Positions 1 through 10,445 are shown, counted from the first letter of the whole stretch. The stretch: 63,967 nucleotides of DNA, filler included, from Octopus bimaculoides (GCF_001194135.2; 7 parts of 6 records of this genome joined end to end with filler, not necessarily neighbours in it), one strand, 5' to 3'. Notes: generated from the letters alone by a model not told the origin. A program made the numbers and translations.

Positions 1-64
1 TATTTCAGTCTGTTACAAGACTAATTGTAGCAAAGAGGTATTGGAGAAGTTGTTGTTTCCATAC

Positions 65-215
65 CGGAAGTCTCCATGTACCACTGTTGTTGTTCCTTTC
101 TCTGGAAGGTTCTCGGATATCCATCGGATTATTTCATTCATGGCTGGAATTTCTTCAGTTTTACTGTTTTCATATTGCTTCATCCAGCGAGAGAAGTTCC
201 TCTTCATGTAATTAT
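65..215 (-). CDS. ACAD10: ACAD10 exon, APH/kinase domain (DNYMKRNFSRWMKQYENSKTEEIPAMNEIIRWISENLPEKGTTTVVHGDFR)
   Basis: Acceptor TTTGTAG|AT, donor CG|GTATGG; 151 nt, phase 1 to 2; contains the APH catalytic HGDFR motif; joins in frame to exon 2779-2960. Confidence 0.93.
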
Positions 216-295
216 CTACAAACAGAAACAAGGGGACAAGTATGTATGTATGTATGTATGTATGTATGTATGTATGGTGGTGGTGGTGGTGGTGG

Positions 296-505
296 TGGCT
301 GTGAGCTGGCAAAATCGCTAGCCTGGTGGGTAAAACGCTTAGCGGCATTTCGTTCATCTTTATTTCCTGAGATCAAATTCCACCAAAGTCAAGTTTGCCT
401 TTCTTCCTTTCGGGGTCGATAAATTAAATACCAGTAAAACATTGAGGTCAGTGTAATCGATTGGTCTCCTCCCCCAGGATTTCAGGCCTTGTGCTTTAGC
501 AAGAA
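296..505 (+). mobile_element. SINE-like repeat family A with (ATT)n tail
   Basis: GTGAGCTGGCAAAATCG...TTTCGGGGTCGATAAA...GTAATCGA, recurring many times in the window. Confidence 0.8.
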
Positions 506-507
506 TG

Positions 508-540
<33 letters not shown>

Positions 541-862
541 GTTCAGTAGTTTTATTTTTATAACGTGCTTTCACTTCACTACCGAGCGCAGCTCTGTGTG
601 CCTTGGGTATGTGCTGTGGTCTGCTGTGATGCTCTTCTGGTTACTGTATTGAAAGTGCTTTGCGTAGAATGTGTGCAGTACCCAGTAGTGCAATTTTCTG
701 TATGTTATATATATTTGTAAGTCCTGGTGTTTTTGTTATGTATTTGTCTGAATATTTTTTTATTATACCTATGATAGGAATTGTTTCTGTTTTTAGATTC
801 CACATTCGAGTTACCTCTATTTCCAGGTCTTTGTATTTTGAAAGTTTTTCCATTTCTTTTAG
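541..862 (-). mobile_element. 3' end of an RLE-type non-LTR retrotransposon (R4/Dong-like)
   Basis: KEMEKLSKYKDLEIEVTRMWNLKTETIPII...IQKIALLGTAHILRKAL, stop at 641-643; typical restriction-like endonuclease C-terminus; flanked by TAA repeats. Confidence 0.8.
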
Positions 863-1278
863 NNNNNNNNNNNNNNNNNNNNNNNNNNNNNNNNNNNNNN
901 NNNNNNNNNNNNNNNNNNNNNNNNNNNNNNNNNNNNNNNNNNNNNNNNNNNNNNNNNNNNNNNNNNNNNNNNNNNNNNNNNNNNNNNNNNNNNNNNNNNN
1001 NNNNNNNNNNNNNNNNNNNNNNNNNNNNNNNNNNNNNNNNNNNNNNNNNNNNNNNNNNNNNNNNNNNNNNNNNNNNNNNNNNNNNNNNNNNNNNNNNNNN
1101 NNNNNNNNNNNNNNNNNNNNNNNNNNNNNNNNNNNNNNNNNNNNNNNNNNNNNNNNNNNNNNNNNNNNNNNNNNNNNNNNNNNNNNNNNNNNNNNNNNNN
1201 NNNNNNNNNNNNNNNNNNNNNNNNNNNNNNNNNNNNNNNNNNNNNNNNNNNNNNNNNNNNNNNNNNNNNNNNNNNNNA

Positions 1279-1296
1279 TTATTATTATTATTACTA

Positions 1297-1327
<31 letters not shown>

Positions 1328-1443
1328 TATTATTATTATTATTATTACTATTATTATTATTATTATTACTATTATTATTACTATTACTATTATTATTATT
1401 ACTATTATTATTATTATTATTACTATTATTATTATTATTATTA

Positions 1444-1490
<47 letters not shown>
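1279..1490. repeat. (TAA/TTA)n microsatellite
   Basis: Read directly; a shorter tract lies at 506-540. Confidence 0.98.
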
Positions 1491-2018
1491 GCTTGCTTGC
1501 AATGTTATTGGGGTGATATCTATGGGAAGAACAAAGGTGAAAAGGCATTTAAAGATGGTGGGAGAATACTTTAGGCTAAGTGTTCATACCATGCAACCAC
1601 CAAGTGGTTACTGACACCCCACCACTACCACCTTTCTGCAGGAGTAATGGTGGTGATGGGTGGTGGGGGGATAGGTGGGGAGAGGGTAGGAGAGATTACT
1701 ATCACCCTTGTTGAACAGGGTTAGAAACAGGTTAACTGCTGTTTCAATAAATATCAAGGGGCAAAGCTCAATGACATAGCCCCTACTACCACTCCCAGCC
1801 GCAACTTGTCCTTATCTGGCAGGGTGAAGAAGTTGCTGCTACCACCACTACTACAACCACCATCACCGCTATCACATACATCCACCACCATGTGTGTGTG
1901 TGCGTAAATGTGTATATGTGTGTGTGTCTATCTATGTGTGTGTGTATGTGTGTATATATGTGTTTGTGTGTGCGTGTATATGTGTCTATATATATATATG
2001 TGTGTCTGTGTATGTGTG

Positions 2019-2055
<37 letters not shown>

Positions 2056-2143
2056 GAGAATATACAAATAATAACAACAGACGAGGACAGGTGGTGTAAA
2101 TAACAAAAGGATATATTAGTATGACGCTCGGGAATACGGAAAG

Positions 2144-2180
2144 TCTTTGACGTTTCGAGCTACGCTCTTCAACAGAAAGA
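2144..2180 (-). ncRNA. Minimal type-I hammerhead ribozyme motif, variant core CUGUUGA
   Basis: Minus strand: TCTTT-CTGTTGA-A-GAGC(GTA)GCTC-GAAA-C-GTC-AAAGA; 5-bp stem I, 4-bp stem II, loopless stem III, GUC site. Confidence 0.6.
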
Positions 2181-2441
2181 ATACGGAGACAAGGAGAAAA
2201 ACACGGTGTNNNNNNNNNNNNNNNNNNNNNNNNNNNNNNNNNNNNNNNNNNNNNNNNNNNNNNNNNNNNNNNNNNNNNNNNNNNNNNNNNNNNNNNNNNN
2301 NNNNNNNNNNNNNNNNNNNNNNNNNNNNNNNNNNNNNNNNNNNNNNNNNNNNNNNNNNNNNNNNNNNNNNNNNNNNNNNNNNNNNNNNNNNNNNNNNNNN
2401 NNNNNNNNNNNNNNNNNNNNNNNNGTGTCTGTGTATGTGTG

Positions 2442-2478
<37 letters not shown>

Positions 2479-2566
2479 GAGAATATACAAATAATAACAA
2501 CAGACGAGGACAGGTGGTGTAAATAACAAAAGGATATATTAGTATGACGCTCGGGAATACGGAAAG

Positions 2567-2603
2567 TCTTTGACGTTTCGAGCTACGCTCTTCAACAGAA
2601 AGA
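2567..2603 (-). ncRNA. Second copy of the same hammerhead motif
   Basis: Identical to 2144-2180; may be an assembly duplicate. Confidence 0.5.
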
Positions 2604-2778
2604 ATACGGAGACAAGGAGAAAAACACGGTGTGTGTGTGTGTGTGTGTATAAGTGTGTGTATGTATATATATACATGTGTGTATGTACATGTATGTGTGT
2701 GTGTATGTATGTTTATGTGTATACTCAGCAGGCCACTGCCACAAACATCATCTCCCCACCCTCTCCTCTTCCACTTAC

Positions 2779-2960
2779 CTTTCTTCCCAAAGCTGTCAAG
2801 GTCCGCTTTGCCGATATCAACAGAATGTATCTTACAGAGAGCGTCGATCATGGCCGTGTAGATGCTGTGGCGTTCATGGTCGGACTTGTTTGGCAGGAGT
2901 GGGTCAAGGTAGAGGACGCCAGGAACCAAACCCATCACATAAAATTCAGTCCCCAGAACA
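2779..2960 (-). CDS. ACAD10: ACAD10 exon (VLGTEFYVMGLVPGVLYLDPLL...AMIDALCKIHSVDIGKADLDSFGKK)
   Basis: Acceptor TTCCAG|T, donor G|GTAAGT; 182 nt, phase 2 to 1; matches the ACAD10/11 APH segment GTPFYVMEY...LCKIHSVD. Confidence 0.93.
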
Positions 2961-3014
2961 CTGGAATGAAGACACAGGAAAAAAGGAATTAGTAACAACA
3001 TGGACCAGGATATA

Positions 3015-3930
3015 TTAGGTTGGTGCATAATTATTGCGGCTTTTTTTTCAACAAATTTTATTCAACAAAAACAATAGCAATATGTAATGAAAACATCTTT
3101 AAATAATTATTCCGGAGCATATTCACCATCTACTTCAATTACTGTTTCCCATTTGCTTGGCAGACGATCAGACCTGCCATTTAAAGATGTTTTTGTTGAA
3201 TAAAATTTTATTCAATATAAACAATAACATGTAACAAAAACATCTTTAAATGTTTATTCCNNNNNNNNNNNNNNNNNNNNNNNNNNNNNNNNNNNNNNNN
3301 NNNNNNNNNNNNNNNNNNNNNNNNNNNNNNNNNNNNNNNNNNNNNNNNNNNNNNNNNNNNNNNNNNNNNNNNNNNNNNNNNNNNNNNNNNNNNNNNNNNN
3401 NNNNNNNNNNNNNNNNNNNNNNNNNNNNNNNNNNNNNNNNNNNNNNNNNNNNNNNNNNNNNNNNNNNNNNNNNNNNNNNNNNNNNNNNNNNNNNNNNNNN
3501 NNNNNNNNNNNNNNNNNNNNNNNNNNNNNNNNNNNNNNNNNNNNNNNNNNNNNNNNNNNNNNNNNNNNNNNNNNNNNNNNNNNNNNNNNNNNNNNNNNNN
3601 NNNNNNNNNNNNNNNNNNNNNNNNNNNNNNNNNNNNNNNNNNNNNNNNNNNNNNNNNNNNNNNNNNNNNNNNNNNNNNNNNNNNNNNNNNNNNNNNNNNN
3701 NNNNNNNNNNNNNNNNNNNNNNNNNNNNNNTTTAAATGGCGGGTCTGATCGTCTGCCAAGCAAATGGGAAGCAGTAATTGAAGTAGATGGTGAATATGCT
3801 CCGGAATAATCATTTAAAGATGTTTTTGTTACATGTTACTGTTTATATTGAATAAAATTTTATTCAACAAAAACATCTTTAAATGGCGGGTCTGATCGTC
3901 TGCCAAGCAAATGGGAAGCAGTAATTGAGG
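3015..3930. mobile_element. Mariner end fragments in inverted arrangement
   Basis: TA followed by TIR TTAGGTTGGTGCATAATTATTGCGG; the transposase C-terminus (DRLPSKWETVIEVDGEYAPE*) is on the minus strand at about 3105-3180 and on the plus strand at about 3735-3810 and 3885-3930. Confidence 0.75.
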
Positions 3931-4320
3931 AAGGACACATTAGACACATTAGATGATGTAGTCCTAGATACACTATGCCTGAATAAAAGACAGGATGGTC
4001 ACAGCTGGAACATCCTTGATCATAGGTCTGCTGGATTAGGACTGGCCTGGGGCTGAACAACAACAATAAGGAAGGGCACATTGTATAATGTAGTCCTAGA
4101 TACACTTTGCCTGAATAAAAGACAGGATGGTCATTCCTGGAACATCACTGATTATAGATTTGTCTGGATCAGACCTGACTTCGGTCTAAACAACAAGGGA
4201 GGACACATTAGATAATGTAGTCCTAGATACACTATGCCTGAATAAAAGACGGGATGGTCACAACTGGAACATCTTTGTTCCTAGGTCCTCTGGATCAGAG
4301 CCGACCCGGGGCTAAACAAG
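3929..4320 (+). repeat. About 135-bp tandem repeat, 3 units
   Basis: GTAGTCCTAGATACACTATGCCTGAATAAAAGACAGGATGGTCA...GGGGCTAAACAAC repeated; degenerate relatives at about 7930-8160. Confidence 0.85.
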
Positions 4321-4351
4321 GAAAGCATTAGAAGCTAGGTTGCTTTTTTAC

Positions 4352-4467
4352 CTGGTGTCGCTGCACATTCCCAACATGGGAGGCACGGGGACCCGTTGCT
4401 CCTCCATGGCCTTCATCACACGAAACTCTCGATCCACAGCATGCGCAGATGGCAACAGTTTCCCTGG
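4352..4467 (-). CDS. ACAD10: ACAD10 exon ([39 protein letters not shown]); not in the supplied ORF track
   Basis: Translated by hand; acceptor GTCCAG|CCA, donor AG|GTAAAA; 116 nt, phase 0 to 2; hallmark PGxLLPSAHAxxREFRVM motif. Confidence 0.93.
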
Positions 4468-5328
4468 CTGGACACAGACAAGAAAAAAGAGATGATAATA
4501 TGGAGCTGAGGAAGGGTTTTAGGGGTTATCTGAATTGGCAGGGACACGTGATGAAGCATAATAAATAATAACATGGTGGGGTGGGTGATGTTATAGTATG
4601 ACGGTTTAGGGTTAAACTCTAGGAGAGATGAAGGTAAGACAGAGTTAGATATTGATTTGGTGATATTGGAGGATAAGCCTTGCACGGGTGTGTGAACAAC
4701 AGGATTCTTTCAGTTTCCATCTACTGAATCCATTCACAAGGCTTTGGTCGGCCTGAGGCTATAGTAGACGACGCTTACCCAAGGTGTCACACAGTGGGAA
4801 TGAACCCAGAACCATGTGGTTGAGAAATAAACCTCTTAAGCACACAGCCCTACTGTAAATACACACACAGTACACATCACCATCATTTAGCAACCGTTTC
4901 CCATGCTGGCATGGGTTAAACAATTGTTTGGTGGATATTTGTCCTCATCTTGTTTGTTGTTTGTTGCCAGTGCCGCTGGACGGGCTCCTGTGCCTCATAT
5001 GTGTGCTTGGCACAGGTGCGTTTAACATGTCACTAGCAGAGGTACCTCTTACGTGTCACTAGCACAGATGCCTTTTGTGTGTCACCAGCACGTAATAAAG
5101 TGGAGAGTGATTTATTTGTTAAAATTCCATCATGGAAAAAAAGAGAAAGTAGACAAACACCAAGCAGCTATTATTAGCAACTTTGAACAAAAGAGACGAG
5201 AGATAATTTCAGGAACTTCAAAATAAATTCACATTCTAATTAACATCTAGGGAAAGAGGGGTGGGTGGGTCTGACCCTTGGTTGAAAAGTGAAGAACAGC
5301 CCTTAGTAAGATGTAAAGAGTTACTCAC

Positions 5329-5426
5329 AGGTTTTTTCCTCAGAACCAACTCCTTATCACCAAATTTCAGGTAAAACGTTGGGTTGGACATTCCATGTTT
5401 AAACAGGCGTATATGTGGCAGCGTAC
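5329..5426 (-). CDS. ACAD10: ACAD10 exon (GTLPHIRLFKHGMSNPTFYLKFGDKELVLRKKP)
   Basis: Acceptor CCACAG|GT, donor CCT|GTGAGT; 98 nt, phase 1 to 0; HGxSNPT...LVLRKKP is the N-lobe of the APH domain. Confidence 0.92.
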
Positions 5427-5709
5427 CTGTGGTAGTAAGACGGTATAGTTGAGGCTGTAGTGGTGGTAATGTGGTAAGAGAGAGTACAGTTGGGGTTGTA
5501 GTGTAATTGTGGTTGGTGGTGTAATAGGGTACATGACCGCGAGTCCACTGCCCTAACCACTGGGCCATTGCGCCTCCTTATTATAGTAATAAACCATTAA
5601 ACATCAGCTCTTTAATTAAACATCACTAGTTTAATTAAACACAAGCCATTAACTGGTTTAATTAACCATCAACCAATCACAGTCATCACAAAATGGCAAA
5701 GAGGTTTAC

Positions 5710-5869
5710 CTGGGTGGGTTAAATTGAGGCTTTCAGTGAGGTATGCAGCAAGGTTTTCCCGGGAAAAGCGGAGCCTCTCAGGTACACTTATTGTACCCTT
5801 CAGGTAGCCCTGAAGACTGAGACCCAAAAATTTCTCCAGGTCCTGCACCGCTTGATCTGGGCTTGTCAC
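5710..5869 (-). CDS. ACAD10: ACAD10 exon, HAD-APH linker (VTSPDQAVQDLEKFLGLSLQGY...LNLTHP)
   Basis: Acceptor CCTCAG|GTG, donor G|GTAAAC; 160 nt, phase 0 to 1; in frame with both neighbours. Confidence 0.9.
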
Positions 5870-6354
5870 CTGAGGAAAACACAAAGATATAGGGTAAAAG
5901 TCAGTGTGGGTAATTGATAAGAATAAGGGGTAACATTAAGAGAAAAGGGGCCAATATATGTACCCTGGACATTATCAAGTAAAGGTGGGAACGTTATTCT
6001 AATATATTAGACCAGGGGTCGCCCAACTTTTTTCACAGCAGGCCAGTTAACTGAGAGAATGAAGAGCGTGGGCCGCATAACCATTTTGTCCAATACAATA
6101 CAGTGATTACATAAAAAATAAAGACAACTAACATATTTATTTACCAAAAAGTTATCAAAGACGGCAACATTAGCAATAAGATGGTTATATCACACCCAGT
6201 GCCACACATATCCGAATCTCACAAACTAAACAGCAAAACCGTTTAGGGAGATTTGTGAAACTGGTGTTTAGCTTTTAAGAGGTCATCAATATTTGCTTTG
6301 GAATTGTTGCATCCAACCAAGAGAATTCTCTAATCATTTGTCAAGCTAGTTAGA

Positions 6355-6860
6355 GACGTTGGGGGTAGACCAAGAACAAGACAGCTGGATGTTTGGGAAT
6401 CTTCCAGAAAACTCAAGAAAGGTTGCTTCTGATATGACCATAAGGAAGAGGTGCCTAAGGACTCCAACCCAATGATTCTTCCAGAAATTGTGTGTCGAAA
6501 AGATAGATGGATGCATGTAAAGATCACCTAGGGGTAGACCAAAGAACAAGATGGTTGGATAACATCCATAGACTAAGTTGGTCATGCTTGAGAATCCAGC
6601 TGGAGAGTGTAAAGATGGTTGCTTCTGATAGGACCCTGTTAAAGAGGTACTTGAGGAGTCTATTTACATGAGCCTCTAAAGAATAGTGGGTAGCAACGAT
6701 GGATGGATGGATGACTGCAAAGATCACAGATTCTTCAAACTGTGTCAACTGCCAGAAGTAAGGGTAGACCAAGAACGAGATGGTTGGATAATATTCATCG
6801 TCTCAATTGGCCATGTTTGGGAACCCAGAAGGAAAGTGTAATGAGAATTGCTTCTAATAG
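6355..6860. repeat. Degenerate tandem repeat, about 170-230 bp units
   Basis: GGGTAGACCAAGAAC at about 6362, 6532 and 6762; GGTTGCTTCTGATA/AATA recurs. Confidence 0.75.
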
Positions 6861-7129
6861 AACATTATGGGAGGAAGGACTTGAAGACCATCCCAGGAAT
6901 GGTGGGGGATGAAGACGGTGGGGGATGAAAACGGTGGGGGTCGAAGACGGCGGGGGATGAAGATGGCGGGGGNNNNNNNNNNNNNNNNNNNNNNNNNGGG
7001 GGATGAAGATGGTGGGGGATGAAGATGGATGGATGGATGGATGGATGCACAATACACTAAAATACAGTGTCACATGACAACTTGCTGGGGCAGCCTGCTG
7101 GAGCCTAGCAGCAGGTATAAAAAGGGGAA

Positions 7130-7650
7130 TTTGACAAGACAGTCAGTCGGACGCTGACACTCGTTGATGCTGCATCAAAGAGGCCAGGGAATAGAAGAAA
7201 GAAGACATGCACCCAACACTAGAGCTGAAGACACCTCCGAAAGGGGGGAGGCCCGCCACGTCAAAACGGTAGAGGAGTAGGGGCCGAAACCGGACGTGGT
7301 TCCTCCTGATGATGTCTTCAGCTAACTGGAACCTATAAAGGGAAGGTATGTCAAAAGAAAGTAATTCAACAACGCGGGTTGATGAACCGTAAGACGTATG
7401 GCCAGAACCTCCTGGAAAATAACCATAGCGAGGGACATTCCACAGTTGAATTAGAACAGTGATAGGCGTGAAGAAGAAAGAAGACATGCACCCAACACCA
7501 GAGCTGAAGACACCTCCGAAAGGAAGGGGGGGCCCGCCACATCAAAACGGTAGAGGAGTAGGGGCCGAAATCGGACGTGGTTCCTCCTGATGATGTCTTG
7601 AGCTAACTGGATCCTATAAAGGAGCTGTTGTGGTAGCAGACCACGAAACA
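7130..7650. repeat. About 280-bp direct duplication, GC-richer, LTR-like but unclassified
   Basis: AAGAAAGAAGACATGCACCCAACAC...GATGATGTCTT(C/G)AGCTAACTGGA at about 7195-7340 and 7475-7622. Confidence 0.75.
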
Positions 7651-7732
7651 TGGTTGAAATTCCTCCAATACAGTCAAATACAGTACAAAAGGGTACAGTG
7701 AAGTACTGAAGAGTACAGTGTAAGCAACTTAC

Positions 7733-7891
7733 CTTAATAGTCTCAATCCCTAGTTCTTTGGCTGACTTAAGGTTGGTCCCAATATCATCAAGGAACACAG
7801 CTTGTTGAGGTCTCATCCTCAGTTGTTTAAGGCACATTTCGTATATTCTGGGGTCAGGTTTCCGACACTTCACGACAGCAGACTCAATAAT
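7733..7891 (-). CDS. ACAD10: ACAD10 exon, HAD-like hydrolase C-terminal part (IIESAVVKCRKPDPRIYEMCLKQL...VFLDDIGTNLKSAKELGIETIK)
   Basis: Acceptor TCCCAG|ATT, donor AAG|GTAAGT; 159 nt, phase 0 to 0; HAD motifs III and IV (KPDPRIY, FLDD). A HAD domain followed by APH distinguishes ACAD10 from ACAD11. Confidence 0.93.
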
Positions 7892-8453
7892 CTGGGACCG
7901 CAAGGTAGAATTTCAATCAGTAAATTGTGATATTATGAGGAAGGACTTACACACCGGATGGTCACCGATGGAATGTCTGGTTATAGGTCAGCTGGATCAG
8001 GATTGATAGAGGGGGAACAACTACAATTCCAAAGAGACAGGATGGTCACAAACGGAACATCTTTGGCCCCAAGTCAAATGGATCAGGACTGACTTGGAGT
8101 TAAAGATCAACCAGGAAAGACACGTAAGTGGATGGAATCCTAGACACATTATTTACATTATAGGATCTATTTTAAAACGGGGGCCACATTTTTCATTAAT
8201 GTTTTACGTAGTGTTTTTGGTACGGAAAGACTTTCAAACTTCGTGTACTTATCTATTTTGTGTTATAGAACAGAAAAATATTTTTGTATTCGAATTTATT
8301 TCATGTAAAAAATTGTCTTATTTCGATAATTTCAACCAATCACTGACAAGTATTCAGTTGTTTACATTTACTCCTTTGGCTGATTAAGCGGTGTAAAGCG
8401 TATTTAATCTCCATACCTTCGTTTTATTTGCTTTTTTCATTTTAAATTTGCTT

Positions 8454-8491
8454 TAACCCTAACCCTAACCCTAACCCTAACCCTAGGGTTA
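8454..8491. repeat. Interstitial telomeric repeats, (TAACCC)5 then TAGGGTTA
   Basis: Read directly. Confidence 0.9.
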
Positions 8492-8524
8492 ATTGTTTCA
8501 GAATCGTTTGTTTATGTAGTCGGC

Positions 8525-8624
8525 NNNNNNNNNNNNNNNNNNNNNNNNNNNNNNNNNNNNNNNNNNNNTTAATTAATTAANNNNNNNNNNNNNNNNNNNN
8601 NNNNNNNNNNNNNNNNNNNNNNNN
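8525..8624. other. Artificial 100-nt scaffold spacer N44-TTAATTAATTAA-N44; the 12-mer also at 29857, 40010, 54946, 60147 and 62384
   Basis: The same 12-mer, with stops in all six frames, is centred in N runs six times. Confidence 0.95.
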
Positions 8625-9416
8625 ACAAAATCTCGATGGGAAAAATCAATATATCTTCCTTAGCACAAGAAAAAGACGTGTTGCCTCTTTGCAAATGTCA
8701 GAAATTATGGAGATTAAATACGCTTTACACCGCTTAATCAGCCAAAGGAGTAAATATAAACAACTGAATACTTGTCAGTGATTGGTTGAAATTATCGAAA
8801 TAAGACAATTTTTTACATGAAATAAATTCGAATACAAAAATATTTTTCTGTTCTATAACACAAAATAGATAAGTATACGAAGTTTGAAAGTCTTTCGGTA
8901 CCAAAAACACTACGTAAAACATTAATGAAAACTGTGGCCCCCGTTTTAAAATAGATCCGAGAATTATGTTAAAGATAGATGTGTCTGAGGAATACTCAGC
9001 TACTCTAACATGTTAATTCAAGGACAGGTAATTCAGTTGCTCGAACAACTAAATCCTTATTGTCGAATGACGATGATCCACCACGTCTTCTACAAAAGCA
9101 AGATGTCTTTCTTTTAAACAAAAAGTGATTATATCATGGCGGAGTCTTTGTAATCCTTAAAAACCTACATTTATCATGTTCATATTCGTATTTTGATTGC
9201 TTCACCGTAAGGTTAGTTGTTACATTGCTTTGCTGTTATTGTTATAATTGTGTTGGTTGTTTTCCCGTAAGGGTAACGCTGTTATAATTTTACGTATATT
9301 GTGAACTGTGATCCTCCCCCTTCAAGGGAAGGAATATTGTATGAACATTGTGTTTTCGTTTGCGGAAAACAACTTTATTTGTTCTCCGTTAAACGGAATT
9401 GTTGTGTTAAAAAAAT

Positions 9417-10445
9417 ATGGCTTCTATGGAAGTGCAAAGTTATATGAATTTTGCCGCGGCTGTCGGTGGCCGTGAACTGATAAACCTAAAGATTGAGGAA
9501 ATTCAAGCCTTTTACGGAATGATCTCCGAAAAGGATGGTGAAGCAAAAATTACACCACCTAGTGAATTGCAAAACAAAATCAAAGAAAAAAAAAACATAA
9601 TATATAAAACCTACAACGCAGAAACCAAGAAATTCGAATACTTGGAGGAGGGAACTATAGAAAAGTGTCTCGGAAATACAACGAGAGAAATAAAATACCT
9701 AACAAGAGGAACAAAATTCGCCACAATTGAAACTCGGTTCGAGTCGATAGAGCGTGCGAAAGAATATTCAACTCGAACCCTGCAATGTGGCAAAATATTA
9801 TTACTCTCCTTATACCTGGGGCGAAGGACGTCAAGAATAAAAATTAAAAATATTCCCGCTGAGGCAGAGGTAGGTTGGATCCTGGCTACCCTGCTGTGCA
9901 AGAGGGAAGACAAGATTAAAATAATACAGATAACCAGGGATGGACTGCAAAATTGGCAGGGCCAGACCCTCGAGATTCTGCCCCAAGCCACAACCAATGA
10001 CCTGGAAGAACTTCCTGAAATAATAATAATGGGAGACATGAATATCCCCATATACGTGGAAGGTAGGAAACCAAGGTGCTTTAAGTGTGGTAAGAAAGGC
10101 AACATAAAGGAGAAGTGCCCAGAAAATAAAAAAAGTAGACCAGCCTACTCCTGCCCCTTCCTCCAAAGAAGATGACCCCCCCCCCACCAAGAGGGAACAT
10201 CAGGATTTAAAAAACCAGAAAAACCAAAACCAAAAGAGGTTGTACCCGCGGATAATAAAGAAACCGAAGAAAGTACACTCCCGGCTACGGAGGCCGTAGC
10301 AAAGAATGCACCCACCAAAGAGGGTGAACTCCCGGCCAAGGAGGCCGTTACCAGGAGTTCACCCCATCAAGAGGTGGCACCCGCAAGAGTGACCGTCTCC
10401 TACGAGTACATCGCAGATAGCGAGGAGGAAAAACTAGAACCTACC
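9417..10445 (+). pseudogene. Tx1 ORF1 (gag-like), frameshifted near a poly-C tract at about 10155-10170
   Basis: RKPRCFKCGKKGNIKEKCP (CX2CX4HX4C with H replaced by N), followed by a low-complexity tail. Confidence 0.8.

Larger units (their letters stand above)
2052..2630 (-). mobile_element. Short Penelope/retrozyme-like repeat, two identical copies either side of a gap (2052-2209, 2476-2630)
   Basis: Lies between (TA)n and (GT)n tracts, carries a hammerhead motif, and shares GACGCTCGGGAA and TTTGACGTTTCGAGC with the 58926-59137 element. Confidence 0.6.
8163..8958. mobile_element. Foldback/MITE-like element with about 250-bp inverted arms
   Basis: 8163-8415 is the near-perfect reverse complement of 8706-8958 (termini GGATCTATTTTAAAACGGGGGCCACA); the ORF track shows the same peptide on both strands. 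Confidence 0.85.

Noticed and set aside
2052-2630. Exact duplication across a gap as a real tandem repeat (also 27667-27958 and 33868-34387)
   Set aside because: Identical sequence on both sides of a gap is typical of unmerged contig overlaps; cannot be counted as real without long reads.
7200-7330. CTGAAGA, GAAA and CTGATGA words suggesting another hammerhead
   Set aside because: I could not form stems I and II in any permutation.
3929-7650. Repeat arrays as possible CRISPR-like repeat-spacer structures
   Set aside because: Units are long and degenerate with no unique spacers, and they lie in introns of a eukaryotic gene.
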